From NCBI GenBank assembly GCA_028826165.1, contig JAPDFW010000086.1, forward strand, positions 1 to 64,000: DNA of 64,000 nucleotides, given 5' to 3'. The first letter of the stretch is position 1. Every line of letters starts with the position of its first letter. This DNA is from Anaeramoeba ignava BMAN. Its lineage: Eukaryota > Protista > Anaeramoebae. The notes below the pieces were generated by a model. The model had not been told where the DNA came from, did not search any database, and saw nothing but the letters and a program-made list of their open reading frames with translations. Below are positions 39,220 to 53,990 of this stretch, piece by piece. The position numbers were made by a program, and so were the translations under genes.

Positions 39220-42200
39220 TTATTTCTCGCCTAAAAATCCTTGAGCAGTTTTGAACAAATCAATAGGATTTTGACCATCAGTTATCAAATAACCATTCAA
39301 ATTCATTCCTTCAAGTAAATTTGCTTGGACTTCAGGACCAGAATGAGCCATTGATTCCAAAGTATCAGCACCAATTGTAGTTACAATATCCTTAAATTTA
39401 TCAGCTTCAATTTTAGACATTTGAGTTACCAATTCGACCTCAAGTGTGTTCATTTCTTTTTGGTGTTCAAATTCAACTTGATATTTTTGAGTGTAATATT
39501 CCAAGTCAATTTTAGCTTCAATTTCTTCAGCTTTTGTTCTCAAATTGGTTTGATCCACTTTAGATTGACCTTGAATCAAACCTGCCTCTGATTTAGCTGT
39601 TGCCTCTGCTTTTGCTGTTCCTGTTGTCTCGATTGCAGAGCATTCAGCTTGCAAACCGATCAAACCTTTTCGAGTTTTTTCAGCTTCAATTTCATCTTCT
39701 AGTTTCTGTTCATCAAGTCTTCCTTGAGCTTCAGTTGCTTTCTTTAAAGCTTCGTGTCTTGCATCTGCTTCTTGTGATTGAGTTGTGATTGAGATTGCTA
39801 ATTGCACGGATTTCTGCAGAGATGATTTTGTTTCCGCATCAATAGGTTCAACTGTTTGGATATCAATATCAGTCACAATTAAATTGTTTGCTTTGAACTC
39901 AAGTCTTTCTCGAACCTTCTTTTCAGAATCAAGTCCGAAAACAGCTTCTCTGATCATTTCTGAAGATCGTTGGTGGAACTCGTCAAATGGTGTTGCTGCT
40001 ACTCGTCCTCTTACTCTTGAACTGACTGCTTTGCACATGTCTCCAATAAAGTCAGGTACTTGGAAAATTTTGGTTGCTTCTTCTTTGATGTCTTTATTGA
40101 CCTCGAAATACCAGTTGTATCGCAATTGTAGTTTGAGTCTTGCGTGGTCGCTTGTTTCCACAATAATGATATCTGAAGTGAAGTCAGGTCCAAGCAAAAG
40201 TGCAATTGCTTTGATTTGATGAGCTTGTTTGGGTTTTCCTGCGGAAAGTGAAAGAACTGTGAAATCTTCATCTGGTCCAAGCATCACAAGATCTGGTCCA
40301 AACTGAACACGTGCTGTCTTTTTCTTGTAATCGTAAATTTGCACTGCGGAATTTTGTGGAACGCGGAAGGAAACAACTCGTGTCTTGTCACGGCCAATTT
40401 TTTGAGCTTTATCAATTCCTGATCCTCCTCTTGTTACTGTTGGATCAACATCGATGTTAATGAGTTTTTCCACAATTTCTGAAAGCTCTTTCTTCCACAA
40501 CTCTTCGTGAGGATTAAGCATGTAAGTCTCTCCAATAACTGTTCGAATTTTTCCTGTGTGGAGATCACGAACATAAATACCTTCGTCTTTATGAAGTGGG
40601 ATTGAGACTCTTTTCTCGATAATCTTGACTTCAACAGGTGGAATGTATCTGACTGGACCTTTGACCATCCATTTTTCTCCTGGTGTTCTTGTCACAACTT
40701 TTTTTTTCTGTTTCTGTTTCTTTTTCTTTTCATTGTTGTCATTTTCGTTGTTGTCATTTTCGTTGTCATGTTCTTCGACAAAAATTTCATCTTTAAAAGA
40801 TTCGACACAAGTTAAAAGAAGAGCTTCATTTTTTCCAAGAACATAAACGTTTTGGATTCCTTTTTCAAGTTGTTCGCCTGGATTGAGGAAGAAGGTCATT
40901 GGGCCTTTTCTCAATTGTTTGTTTCCAAATTGTTGTTTTCCATCAACAACAGGATTAAGCACAATACAGAATTGGGAGTCTGTAAGCACAACAAGAGGTA
41001 CTTCTCGGATGACCTCTTCATACACACCAGGAATGTAATATTCTGTTTGTTCCTTATTAACAAGCCATTCATCACCAGCATTTCTTTTGGTACCAAATCT
41101 GTCTGTGAAGATGTTAGTTGCTCGTAAATGAAGTGCCTTTTTGTCTGTGATGACATAACCCTTGACAACACCAAGAACGTGTTCATCGACTTTTGGTAAG
41201 TAAACCCCTTCAGTTGTTTCAAGCCAAGTTTCGCCTCCTTTTCTGATAATATCCCCGTCTTTGAAAGTTCTTCGAGCAATAATTTTCAATCCAGTGTTTG
41301 GCTCAATAAAGTTTGCCTTCACAGTTTCTGTAACTTCAACATTTACATTTGGAATGTAAGTTCCTGGTCCTAAAAAGTACCATTCTGTTCCTGTTATTCT
41401 TTGAACCATTTTCCCATCAATTTCTTCTTGGAAATCATGGGTTGCTTTGAGTCTTAATGCTTGATCTGGTTGAACAATTTGAAGTGGAGTTATTCCGCCT
41501 TTTAATTTTTCTCCAGGATAAAGAGGGAAATGTTCAGTTCCTTCTCGTCGGATTTCAAGTTGACCATATCTAAGTTTTGCCTAAATTAAAAAATAAAATA
41601 AATTAAATTAAATATTAAATTAAATATTAAATTAAATATTAAATTAAATTAAATTAAATATTAAATTAAATATTAAATCAAATTAAAATTAAAATTAAAT
41701 ATTAAATATTAAATATTAAATATTAAATTAAATTAAATATTAAATCAAAATTAAATATTCAAATTAAATATTAAATATTAAATTAAATATTAAATTAAAT
41801 TAAATTAAATTAAAATTAAATTAAAAAGAAAATTAAAAAATTAAAATTAAATTAAAAAAATTATTAAATTAAATCCAAAAAGTAAAATTAAATATTAAAT
41901 TAAATTAAATATTAAATTAAATTAAATATTAAATATTAAATTAAAATTAAATATCAAATCAAAAAAGAAAATCCAAAAGTAAAATTAAAAAAAGATTATC
42001 GAATTAAATATTAAATTAAATATTAAATTAAATTAAAAAAGAAAATCCAAAAAGTAAAATTAAAAAAAGATTATCAAATAAAAAAAAAAGCAAAAAAAAT
42101 TTTGTTTTGATTTGTTTTGATTTGTTTTGATTTGTTTTGATTTGTTTTCATTTGCTTTCATTTGCTTACTTGACCAAATGTATCAATAACAGGTTCTCCA

Positions 42201-42406
42201 TCTTTCATAATGACTGGATTTTCAATTATACAATAATGTCTTGGAGGGATTAATAACATTTCTTTTGGCCCATCAACTATTTGTTCATTTTGTTTTTTTG
42301 TATAAGTATAAGGTCCAACAACAAGATGAGTTAAGTTTGTATCCTCATCTAAAATATGTATGTATTGATGAGTTTTTAAACTAAGTGAAGAGTTCAAGTT
42401 TTGCAT
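39220..42406 (-). CDS. MVP: Major vault protein (~865 aa)
   Basis: Exon 1 42406-42170 (HQYIHILD...PPRHYCIIENPV...FGQ), intron 42169-41581, exon 2 AKLRYG...FPLYPGE...LGPDFTSDIIIVETSDHARLKLQLRYNWYF...LQKSVQLAISITTQSQEADARHEA. Confidence 0.97.
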
Positions 42407-42759
42407 TCTGCTTGTTTTTTGTTTTTGAAAAGTAAAAAAATAAATATTCAAAAAATCATTTTTTTTTTAATTAAAATTTTTAATTAATTATTATTTGGAA
42501 AGTGAGAATTTTTAATTTAAAATCAATTTAAAATCAAATTAAAAAATTAAATTAAATGTTCACATTAAATCAAAAAGAAATCAAAAAGAAGAAAAAAATT
42601 TTTTTTTTTCGAAATATTTTTTTTGTTTTAAAAAAAAAAAAAGAGGAAAGTGAATTGAATTAAAAAAAAAGAAATTGAATTAAAAAAAAAAAGAAAGAAA
42701 AAATTTTTTTCCGATTTTTGATTTTCTTGATAAAATTAATTCATTAATTAAATTTTGGA

Positions 42760-45700
42760 TTAAATTTGGAATGTATGAGTAAAATCAAATTTAATTGTTG
42801 GAATAACAGTTGCAATAAACCTATTTTTTTAATAATTTTTTTAATAATTTTTTTCCACAAACAAGAAAAGAAGTAAAAATTTTTTTTAAATTAAATTTAC
42901 TTAAGAAAGATTATCAAATAAAAAGCAGGTGACATTTCTTTTCCATTTTCTTTCATTTGATTGATCATTAATTTCATAATTTGAGCATGTTTGCAAGGAT
43001 GAATTGAAGCTTGTTTAGTTCCTAAATGAGGATGAGGATCAAATGTAACAGTTTTTCCTGAATGTTCTGCGCTAATATCTTGAAATATTTCTTGTTTTGT
43101 TAAAGGTTTTCCATTCTATTAAAATTATTTATTTATTCATTTAAAAGAAATTTATATTTATTTATATTTTTTTTCTTCAAAAAGATTTATAAAAATTTTT
43201 TTCAACCTCATTATATCCAGATAAGAAGACTCTTGGAGTTGAGTAGTATTGATCATAAACAATTGAAATATCGTAAGTTCTTGCTTGGAGGATTAAGTCT
43301 TGACTTAATTCAGCCTTTAATTTTAATTTAATTTTAATTTGAATTTTAATTTTAATTTGAATTTTAATTTTTTTAATTTTAATTTTAATTTTAATTTTAA
43401 TTTTAATTTTAATTTTAATTTTAATTTTAATTTTAATTTGAATTTTAATATTTTTAATTTTAAATTTTAATTTTAATATTCATTTTTAATTTTAATTTTA
43501 ATTTTAATATTAATTTTAATTTTAATTTTAATTTTAATTTTAATTTTAATTTTAATTTTAATTTTAATTTTAATTTTAATTTTAATTTTAATTTTTTAAT
43601 TTTAATTTTAATTTTAATTTTAATTTTAATATTAATTTTAATTTTATTTTCAAAATGAATTTTTAATTTTAATTTTAATTTTAATTTTAATTTTAATTTT
43701 AATTTTTAATTTTAATTTTAATATTAATTTTTAATTTTAATTTTTTAATTTTAATTTTAATTTTTTAATTTTAATTTTAATTTTAATTTTAATTTTAATT
43801 TTAATTTTAATTTTAATTTTTTATTTTTTTTAATTTTAATTTTAATTTTAATTTTAATTTTAATTTTAATAGTAATTTTAATATTCATTTTTTTAATTTT
43901 ATTTAATTTTCATTTTAAATTTTAAATTTTAATATTAATTTTAATTTTAATTTTAATTTTAATTTTAATTTTTATTTTTAATTTTTAATTTTTAATTTTT
44001 AATATTAATTTTTAATTTTTAATTTTAATTCATTTAATTTTTTAATTTTAATTTTTAATTTTAATTTTAATTTTAATTTTAATTTTTAATTTTTAATTTT
44101 TAATTTTAATTTTAATTTTAATTTTAATTTTAATTTTAATTTTAAATTTTTAATTTTAATTTTAATTTTCATTTTTAATTTTAATTTTAATTTTAATTTT
44201 AATTTTAATTTTAATTTTAATATTAATTTTAATTTTAATTTTAATTTTAATTTTAATTTTAATTTTAATTTTAATTTTAATTTTTAATATTAAATTTGAT
44301 TTTTAATATTCATTTTTAATTTTTAATTTTAATTTTGAATTTTGATTTTTTAATTTTAATATTAAATTTGAATTTTTAATATTAATTTTTAATTTTAATT
44401 TTAATTTTAATTTTAATTTTAATTTTAATTTTAATTTTTAATTTTAAATTTTAATTTTAATTTTAATTTTTTAAAAATGAATTTAATTTTATAAATGAAT
44501 TTTAATTTTAATTTTAATATTAAATTTAATTTTAATATTAATTTTAATTTTAATATTCATTTTAATTTTCGTTTCAAATTTTAAATTTTATAAATGAATT
44601 TTAAATTAATTAAAAGTTTGTAAATCTACATCATCTTTTGTTTGAATTAAAATATCATCATCAAAATCTTCTGCTTCAGGAATATCAGAATCAGATTCAG
44701 CTTCAGATTGTGATTCAGATTTTATTTCTGGTTTAGTATTTTTTGATTCATCAACAATTACTTCATCATCTTGAACTAAATAATAAATAATAAATAATAA
44801 ATAATAAATAATAAATAATAAATAATAAATAATAAATAATAAATAATAAATAATAAATAATAAATAATAAATAATACTTTTTGAAAAATCAGGTGAAACC
44901 CAATCATCTTCTAATAGGTTTTCAACACACATATTAACTAAATCAATTGCTCTTTTTGTACTTGGAATTTTTTCTGTAAGAAGAAATTGTTTATCTTCTG
45001 GAAGATATGATTTACTCAAACCTGGTTTAGCAGGTTGCCTATTATTTTAATATTAATTTTAATTTAAATTTTAAATTTCGAAATGAATTTTCATTTGAAT
45101 TTTAAATTTCGAAATGAATTTTAATATTAATTTTAATTTTAAATTTAATTTTCGAAATGAATTTTGATTTGAATATTAATATTAAATTTAAATTTAATTT
45201 TAATTTTAATTTTAATTTTAATTTTAATTTTGATTTTAATTTTAATTTTAAATTTCGAAATGAATTTTGATTTGAATTTTAAATTTCGAAATGAATTTTA
45301 ATATGAATTTTAATATTAATTTTAATTTTAAATTTAATTTTCGAAATGAATTTTGATTTGAATATTAATATTAATTTTGATTTTAATTTTAATTTTAATT
45401 AATTTTAATATGAATTTTAATTTTCGAAATGGATTTTGATTTGAATATTAATATTAATATTAATTTTAATTTTAATATTAATTTTAATTTTAATTTTAAT
45501 ATTAATTTTAATTTTAATATGAATTTTGATTTTAATTTAATTTTAATTTTAATTTTAAAATGAATTTTAATTTTAATTTTAATATTAATTTTAATTTAAT
45601 TTTAATTTTAATTTTTAATTAAATTTTAATTTTAAATTTTAATTTTAATAATTCTAAATTTAATTTTAATTTTCATTTTAATTTTAATTAATTTTAATTT

Positions 45701-46368
45701 TGATTTTAATTTTAATTTTAAATTTAAATTTAATTTTAATATTAATTTTCGAAATGAATTTTAATTTTGAATTTTAAATTTCGAAATGAATTTTAATATT
45801 AATTTTAATATTAATTTTAAATTTCGAAATGAATTTTAATTTTGATTTTAATTTTAATTTTAATTTTAATTTTAATTTTAATTTTAATTTTAATTTTTAA
45901 TTTTAATATTAATTTTAATATTAATTTTAAATATTAATTTTAATTTTAATTTTAATTTTAATTTTAATTTTCGAAATGAATTTTAATTTTAATTTTAATT
46001 TTAATTTTGATTTGAATATTAAATTTAATTTTAATTTTAATATTAATTTTAATTTTGATTTTAATTTTGGTTTTAAATTTAAATTTAATTTAATTTTAAT
46101 TTTCGAAATGAATTTTAATTTTAATTTTAATATTAAATTTAATTTTCGAAATGAATTTTGATTTGAATTTTGATTTGAATTTTAAATTTCGAAATGAATT
46201 TTAATTTAATTACCATTTCCATGTTTTGCTAACATAAGTTAAAAAATCACCAGCAATAACAAATTCTTCTGGAGTAATTACACCTTTGTCTAAAAGAGCA
46301 GATTTCTTAAGTGGACCTGAAATTTTATTAGCTAATTGAAGCCAAGCACTATGAGCTTTATGTTTCAT
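42760..46368 (-). CDS. ATG3: Autophagy E2-like enzyme ATG3, 6 exons
   Basis: [15 protein letters not shown]...[35 protein letters not shown], catalytic [25 protein letters not shown]. Confidence 0.95.
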
Positions 46369-46472
46369 GAATTCTTAATTGAAAAAATGAAAAAAATGAA
46401 AAAAATAAAAAGAAAAATTAAATTAAATTAAAAGTGGAAAAATTTTTTATTTAAATTTTTTTTTCTCCTTTT

Positions 46473-47411
46473 TTATTTTAAAATTTTCTTTTTAATCAAA
46501 AATCTCTTTGAATAAACAACTTGTAGCACACTAGCAACACATAAAACAAAAATAGATAAGAAACTAAACCACATTACTCTTGAATTTGTAGATTCTAATA
46601 ATAAACATCAATAACAAAAATAAACAATAAAAACAACAATAATAAGAAAGAAACATAAATTCTTATTCTAAAAATTATGAAAAAAAAGGTACCATTAGTG
46701 TCTCTCATTGTTTCTTCTCGTGATTTGAAATATTCCATGTTGTCTTGAATCTTGTTTGTGAACATGTTTATATTCTTTATTTCTTTTTCTATCATAGAAA
46801 GTTCTTCAAATTCCGAATAATCTGGTGATTTCAGAAAAGGTAGAATTTCAAACTTAATTTTAAACGGCATTTTATCTTGTCAAAAAGTTGAGCAAAAAAG
46901 TGTCAAAATGAAAAAAGAAAAAAAATTTCATATTTTTAGATTTTTTAGGAAGTTAGTATCATTTAAAAAATAACACAATTAATCAATAATATATTATCAA
47001 TAAAAATTTCGAGAAAAAATGTGTGTATGAATTTCTATGATGTACAAGAAAAGACTACTGTTTTTTTGTTTGGGAGAAAGCAGAACATATATCTTCCACT
47101 TTCATGAGAAATGAAAGAAAAATCTTCTTTTGGATGCGAATCTTTTTGATAAAGAGTATGCTTCTCTGGGCATAAAACCTATTTTTTCAGAATTAAAAAA
47201 CTTGGATTATAAATCATTCTATTATTCAAAACTCGGTTTGTACAAGAAAATCAATTGGGATATCGTTTGCAGCTTCGTAAAATCCCTGAATCAACTGATT
47301 TGCTTCTAAAAATTCTTCAAAACAAGTTCCAATAAGTGGAGGTAGATCAAAATAAAAAGGGGAGATAATTTGTAATATAAATGCAAAATAAAAGAAATTA
47401 AGAATTTTCAT
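46473..47411 (-). CDS. p24/TMED (emp24/GOLD) cargo receptor, 4 exons
   Basis: Signal peptide, GOLD cysteines (TCFEE; GRYMFCF), REETMRDTNESTNSRVMWFS, TM, tail RFLIKKKILK. Confidence 0.9.
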
Positions 47412-47565
47412 ATAAAATTATAGATGAGAAAAATGAAAAAAATTTAATTTAAAAAAATTTAATTTTGAATTCAAATCAATTTGATTTATTTTTTTGTTAA
47501 TCCAAAAAAAAAAAAAGTTCCAAAAAGAAAAAAAAATATTTTTTTTGTTTGATCAAAAAGAAAAA

Positions 47566-49519
47566 TTATTTGAGTTTTTTCTCAAAAGATTCTTTTGTAA
47601 TTTTAGCAAGTTTTCCTTTTCTGACGATATAATCAAAATAAACCGACATAATATAGCTAGCAATTAAAGAAAAGGGAGCAAGAAGAGTATCAAAGAAGAT
47701 ATTATTAACAGGAGAAAGACCATTCATTGAAGTTCTAGCGAAATAAATCAAGAATTCTTGAGTGATATGAAAGTTTCCTTTTTCAACTCCTGAAAAGAGA
47801 CTTTTTGCGCTATCTTCTGCAGAGAATGCTTTTGCTGTTCCTTCAATTTCTGTTGTTTCTGATGGTTTTCTTTTTGATTCTTCAATTAATCCTGGTGTTT
47901 CCATTGTTGATGGATAAAATATGTGAACTTCAATGTTTAATGCTTTGAATTCGTTTCTTAAACAATCTGCTAATCCTTTTATTGCAAATTTTGATGAGCA
48001 ATAAGCTGAAAATCCGATAAATCCAAGAAGACTTGCTGCAGAACCAACAAGAATGATTTTTGGTTTTTCCTCTTTTTTTTTTTTTTCAAATTCAATTTAA
48101 TATTTTAATTTAATTTAATTTTTGAATTTAATGTTTGAATTTAATTTAATTTGATTTAATATTTTAATTTAATATTTAGATTTAATATTTTGATTTAATA
48201 ATTTAATTTAATTTAATATTTTGATTTAATATTTGATTTAATATTTTGATTTAATATTTTAATTTAATATTTTAATTTAATATTTTAATTTAATATTTGA
48301 ATTTAATATTTAGATTTAATATTTAGATTTAATATTTCAATTTAATATTTTAATTTAATATTTTGATTTAATATTTGAATTTAATTTAATTTAATTTAAT
48401 TTTTGAATTTAATTTAATAATTTAATATTTGGATTTAATATTTTAATTTAATATTAATATTTTAATTTAATATTTAGATTTAATAATTTAATTTAAATTT
48501 AATATTTGAATTTAATATTTTAATTCAATTTCATTATGAATTTAATATTTAGATTTAATATTTTGATTTAATATTTTGATTTAATATTTAGATTTAATTT
48601 GATTTAATATTTTGATTTAATATTTTGATTTAATATTTTAATTCAATATTTTGATTTAATAATTTAATTTAATATTTTAATTTAATATTTTAATTTAATA
48701 TTTTAATTTAATATTTTAATTTAATATTTCAATTCAATTTTAATTTAATATTTGAATTTAATATTTGAATTTAATATTTCGATTTAATATTTTAATTTAA
48801 TATTTTAATTTAATATTTTGATTTAATATTTAGATTTAATGTTTAGATTTAATATTTTGATTTAATATTTTAATTTAATGTTTGAATTTAATATTTTGAT
48901 TTAATATTTTAATTTAATATTTCAATTTAATAATACTTTTCTTCTTCTTATCAGCAGCTAGTTTTGTCATCTCAGGAAGAACAGCTTTAATAGTATTAAC
49001 AGTTCCAAAAAAATTCAAATTCATTTGTGAATGAAATTCATCCAAAGGTTGTTGGGAAAAATAAGCAGGTAAAGATTCACCAGCACAAGGAATAACAATA
49101 AAAGGAGGACCAGAATATTTAACTGCCTTATTAACAGCATGAGAAATTGAATCAAAACTAGAAACATCAGCAGAAAAAGCAGAGATAGTTTGTGAATCGG
49201 AAATTTTATGAGAAGAAATAGTTTCAATTGCTTTTTTTAATTTTTCTGGATTTCTTGCTATTATTGAAACATGCGCTCCCCGTTGGGCTGATAGAACCCC
49301 GAGAGATAATCCAAGCCCTGATGAACCGCCTGTTATTATTACATGTTTTCCTTGAAAGTTAATTCGGTTCATCATTTTGTCAATTATTTTTTTCGAAATT
49401 ATCCAAATTATAATTGTCACTATTATTAGGAATATTGTTAATTTTTTGAAACTCATATTTCCAAGCCAAAGTAAATATTTATCCACAAATTTTGCAAATG
49501 AACATGTTAAACATCCCAT
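47566..49519 (-). CDS. KDSR: 3-ketodihydrosphingosine reductase-like SDR (KDSR/TSC10)
   Basis: Exon 1 49519-48937 (N-terminal TM, ITGGSSGLG), exon 2 48071-47566 (GFSAYCSSKFA, YPSTMETPG). Confidence 0.85.
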
Positions 49520-49927
49520 TTTATTTTTCTTTTTTTGATTTTTCTTGTGAAGGAAAAAAATGAAAACAACAAAAAAGCAAAAAAAATTTTTTTTCTTTTG
49601 TTTACAATTTAATTATAATTTTAATTTTAAATTGAATTTTAAATTTAATTATAATTTTAATTTTAATTTTTAATTATAATTTTAATTTTAATTTTAGTTT
49701 TAAATTTAATTTTAATTTTAATTTTAATTTTAATTATAATTTTAATTTTAATTTTAATTTTAGTTTTAATTTTAAATTGAATTTTAAATTTAATTTTAAT
49801 TTTAGTTTTAGTTTTAAATTTAATTTTAATTTTAATTTTAATTTTGATTTAAATTTTAATTTTAATTTTGATTTTAAATTTAGATTTTAATTTTAATTTG
49901 GATTTTAATGATTTTTATTGTTTTGAT

Positions 49928-50538
49928 TTAAAAATCTTTTTCTTCTTGACTTTCTTCAATTTCAATTATCATGTTTTCATTATTTTCATTGTTTTCATTA
50001 TTTTCATTGTTTTCATTATTTTCATTGTTTTCAATGTTTTCATTGTTTTCAATGTTTTCAATATTTTCATTATTTTCATTATTTTCTTTATTTTCATTAT
50101 TTTCATTGTTTTCATTATTTTCTTTATTTTCATTATTTTCATTGTTTTCATTTGAATCTTCTTTCTCTTTTTCTATAAATAAACGTAGAAAATCCAATTC
50201 ATTACTAATCAAAATAGAATTATCTTTTCAAAATTAAATTAAATTAAATTTTAATTAAATCTAAATGAAATCTAAATTAAATTTTTACTTAAATCTTCAA
50301 CTTGAATTGTTTTTCTATTTTGTTGTTGAGAAAAAAGAAAAACTTTTTCTGTAATTAATTCTAAAAACATTTCAGTTGCTTTTGTTAATCCAATAATTGC
50401 ATCTGAAGAAATAGATTCAATTTTTGAATCTAAATTCATAATTCTTTTAACAGTTTGAAGAGGTAATCTTAATTTATTTTTATTTTTATTTTTATTTTTA
50501 TTTTTATTTTTATTTTTATTTTTATTTTCAATTTCCAT
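49928..50538 (-). CDS. Histone-fold protein, CHRAC1/POLE4/NF-YC-like, with (KN)n N-terminus and acidic NE tail
   Basis: RLPLQTVKRIM...ISSDAI...KATEMFL...RKTIQVEDL, intron 50288-50224, then NELDFL. Confidence 0.8.
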
Positions 50539-50766
50539 TTTTAATTTTATTTTTAATTTTAATTTTAATTTTATTTTTAATTTTAATTTTAATTTTAATT
50601 TTAATTTTAATTTTAAATAAAAAAGGAGAAGAAAAAAGAAGAAAAAAAATGAAATTTTTTATTTTAAAATTTTTTTTTAATTTTAATTTGGAAAAGAAAA
50701 AAAAGCAAAAAAAAATTTTTTTTTTCCTTTTTCATTTTTTTCAATTTTTTAAAAAGAAAAGAGAAG

Positions 50767-53700
50767 ATGAATATTTTAAATAATATAATTGGAAGTTTTT
50801 TTAAAACAGTTGCATATTCTAAATTACCCAAAATAGAAGGGAAAATAAAAACTGATAAATTATCATCACCAGTTGAAATCAAAAGAGATAAATATGGAGT
50901 TCCTCATATTTACGCTAAAAATATAAATGATTTACTCTTTGCTCAAGGTTATGTTCATTCTCAAGATAGATATTTCCAAATGGAATTAGTAAGAAGAATT
51001 ATTTCTGGAACTGCTTCTTCAGTTCTTGGTTATGATCCTGATCTTTTATTATCAGATATGTTCTTTAGAAGTTGTCAATTTTATAAACTTGCTGAACAAG
51101 AATATAAAAGTTCTTCTTTAGAATTGAGGAAATTAATTCAAAGTTATTGTGATGGAATTAATTTTTATTTGAGTGAATGTTATAAATCAAATTCATTTTC
51201 TTTTGAAATTTCATTATTGAAAATTAAACCAAGAAATTGGGATTTTCTTGATGTTGCTGCTGTTATGAGATTTATTGGAGCTGAAATGACTTATGATGTT
51301 TTTCGTAAACTTTATCTTGCTCAATTATCTCAACAATTAGGAATTGAAAAAACAATGGAATTTTGTAATGCTCCAATTAATAAACCAACAGTTGTTGAAA
51401 ATGGAATTGAAGTTAATGATGTTATTGAAAAAGTTATCTCAAATACAATGGAAAATGTTAAAACTATTCATAAAACCAAAAAGAAAATTACAGGAGGATT
51501 TGCTGGATCAAATTGTTTTGCTATTTCAGGAAAATATACCGAATCAGGAAAACCATTTCTTTGTTCTGATCCACATTTAGAATTAAGAATTCCTTCATTT
51601 TTTTATGAAAATCATCTTATTTCAAAAGATGGATATGATTTATATGGATATTCTATTGCTGGAGCTCCTTATATTTTGATTGTAAAAAATCAAAATTTAA
51701 ATTAAAATTAAAATTAAAATTAAAATCAAAATTAAAATTAAAATTAAAATTCAAATCAAATTTAAAATTAAAATTAAAATCAAAATAAAAATTAAAATTA
51801 AAATTAAAATCAAAATTAAAATTAAAATTAAAACCAAAATCAAAATTAAAATTAAAATTAAAATTAAAATTAAAATTAAAATTAAAATTAAAATTAAAAT
51901 TAAAATTAAAATTAAAATTAAAATTAAAATTAAAATCAAAATTAAAATTAAAATTAAAATTAAAAATCAAAAATTAAATAAAGGGATTTAATGGTACGTT
52001 TAGTTGGGGAATTACTTTAGGAATGGCAGATTCAGAAGATGCTTATTTAGAAAAAATTAAAGGAGATGAATATCTTTATAAAAATGAATGGAAAAAATTA
52101 GAAAGTTATCGAGAAACAATCCAAATCAAAGATCATCCAGATCGTATATTTAATATTCTTAAAACAAGACATGGCCCACTTATTTCAACTTTTTATGATT
52201 CAAAATTAAATTTAAATCAACTTGAAAATCAAAATCAAAATCAAAATCAAAATCAAAATCAAAATCAAAATCAAAATCAAAATCAAAATGAAAATCAAAA
52301 TCAAAATGATGAAATCCAATATCATATTTCTTTCCAATCAATTATTTTTCAACATTATTCTGGAAAATCATTAGTTAATGCATTATATCTAGTTTCTCAA
52401 GCAAAAACTTATGAAGAATTTTCTTCTGTAGTTGATAATTGTTATTATGGATCATTTAATTTTACATTTGCAGATAATAATGGGAATATTGGATATTATT
52501 TATCAGGAAAATATCCAATAAGAAATGAAAAGTGGATAAAACAATTTATACTTCCAGGATGGACAGGAGAATATGAATGGGAAGAAATGATTCCATTTGA
52601 GAAAAATCCACATTCACTCAATCCTAAACAAGGATATGTTGTTTCAACAAACAATAATCCAGGAAAAACAGAATATTATATTGGAACTAATTTTGATAAT
52701 TATCGAGCAGAAAGATTAAATTATTTAATTCAAACATTTATTGATTCAGGCAAAAAATTCAAATATCAAGATTTAATGAAAATTCAAACTGATATCAAAA
52801 CATTTTCAGGAAGAGATATTTCTTTAGCAATCCAAAATCAATTTGAAGAAGTTCTTAAATCACATGATAATAAAAAGATTTCAGAATTATATGATATTCT
52901 TAAAAAATGGAATTATGACATGGATATCAAATCTGTTGGAGCAACAATCTATTTTCTATTCATAATAAAATTTTTTGAAGTTGTTATTAAAGAACAAGTA
53001 AAAGATTATCATTTATCAAAATTCTTAATTGGATCAAACTGCAATACTTTAATAAGAGGAGACGAGCCCGAATCTTTAACTTATCCAAGCTTTATTCTTT
53101 CAACAATTACAAATCCAAAATGTAAATGGATTGAAGATTGTGGAGGATTAAATGAAGTTATTAAAACAATATTTGAAAAAATTTATGAATTTGGAAAAGA
53201 ATATTTCAAAAGTGAAAATATTGAAGAATGGGAATATGGAAAACTTCATATAATTCAACTGGATCATGCATTCTCTGCAGAGTCAAAGATATTTAATTCT
53301 TTTAATATTGGTATAATAATATTAAAATCAAAATTAAAATTAAAATCAAAATCAAAATTAAAATCAAAATTAAAATTAAAATCAAAATTAAAATTAAAAT
53401 CAAAAAAATTAAAATTAAAATTAAAATTAAAATTAAAATTAAAATCAAAATCAAAATTAAAATCAAAATAAAAATCAAAATTAAAAATGAAAAGGACCAT
53501 TACCTATTTTTGGATGTGGAACTACAATTAATCTTCAAACATATCATCCATCATATGAAAATTTTTATAAATCATCTGTAGGTCCTGTTATGAGAATGAT
53601 ATTTGATTTAGGACAACCAGAAGATTCATTTGGAGTAATTTGTACAGGAAATAGTGAAAATGTTACAAGTGAATTTTATGATAATCAATTTAAATTATGG

Positions 53701-53781
53701 TATGAATTAAAATATCATCCATTATTAATGAAAGAAGATGATATTTTAGAAAAAGAAAAATATCGATTAATTTTACTTTAA
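50767..53781 (+). CDS. Penicillin acylase / peptidase S45 family Ntn-hydrolase (copy 1), 3 exons
   Basis: RDKYGVPHIYA...FAQGYVHSQDRYFQME; GSNCFAISGKYTESGKPFLCSDPHL; TRHGPLI; NFTFADNNGNIGY; GPVMRMIFDL. Introns 51682-51983 and 53311-53494. Confidence 0.92.
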
Positions 53782-53990
53782 AATTCAATTCAATTCTTTT
53801 TTAATTCTTTTTCAATTCTTTTTCTTTTCAATTTTAATTCAAAAACTTCAAACGAAAATACATCAAACAACTTTCTCTTGATTGAGAATAAATTTGAAAA
53901 AGAAAAAGAAGCAAAAAAAATTTTTTCTCAATTAAAATTTTTCATTTTTCATTTTTCATTTTTTTCAATTTTTTAAAAAGAAAAGCAAAG

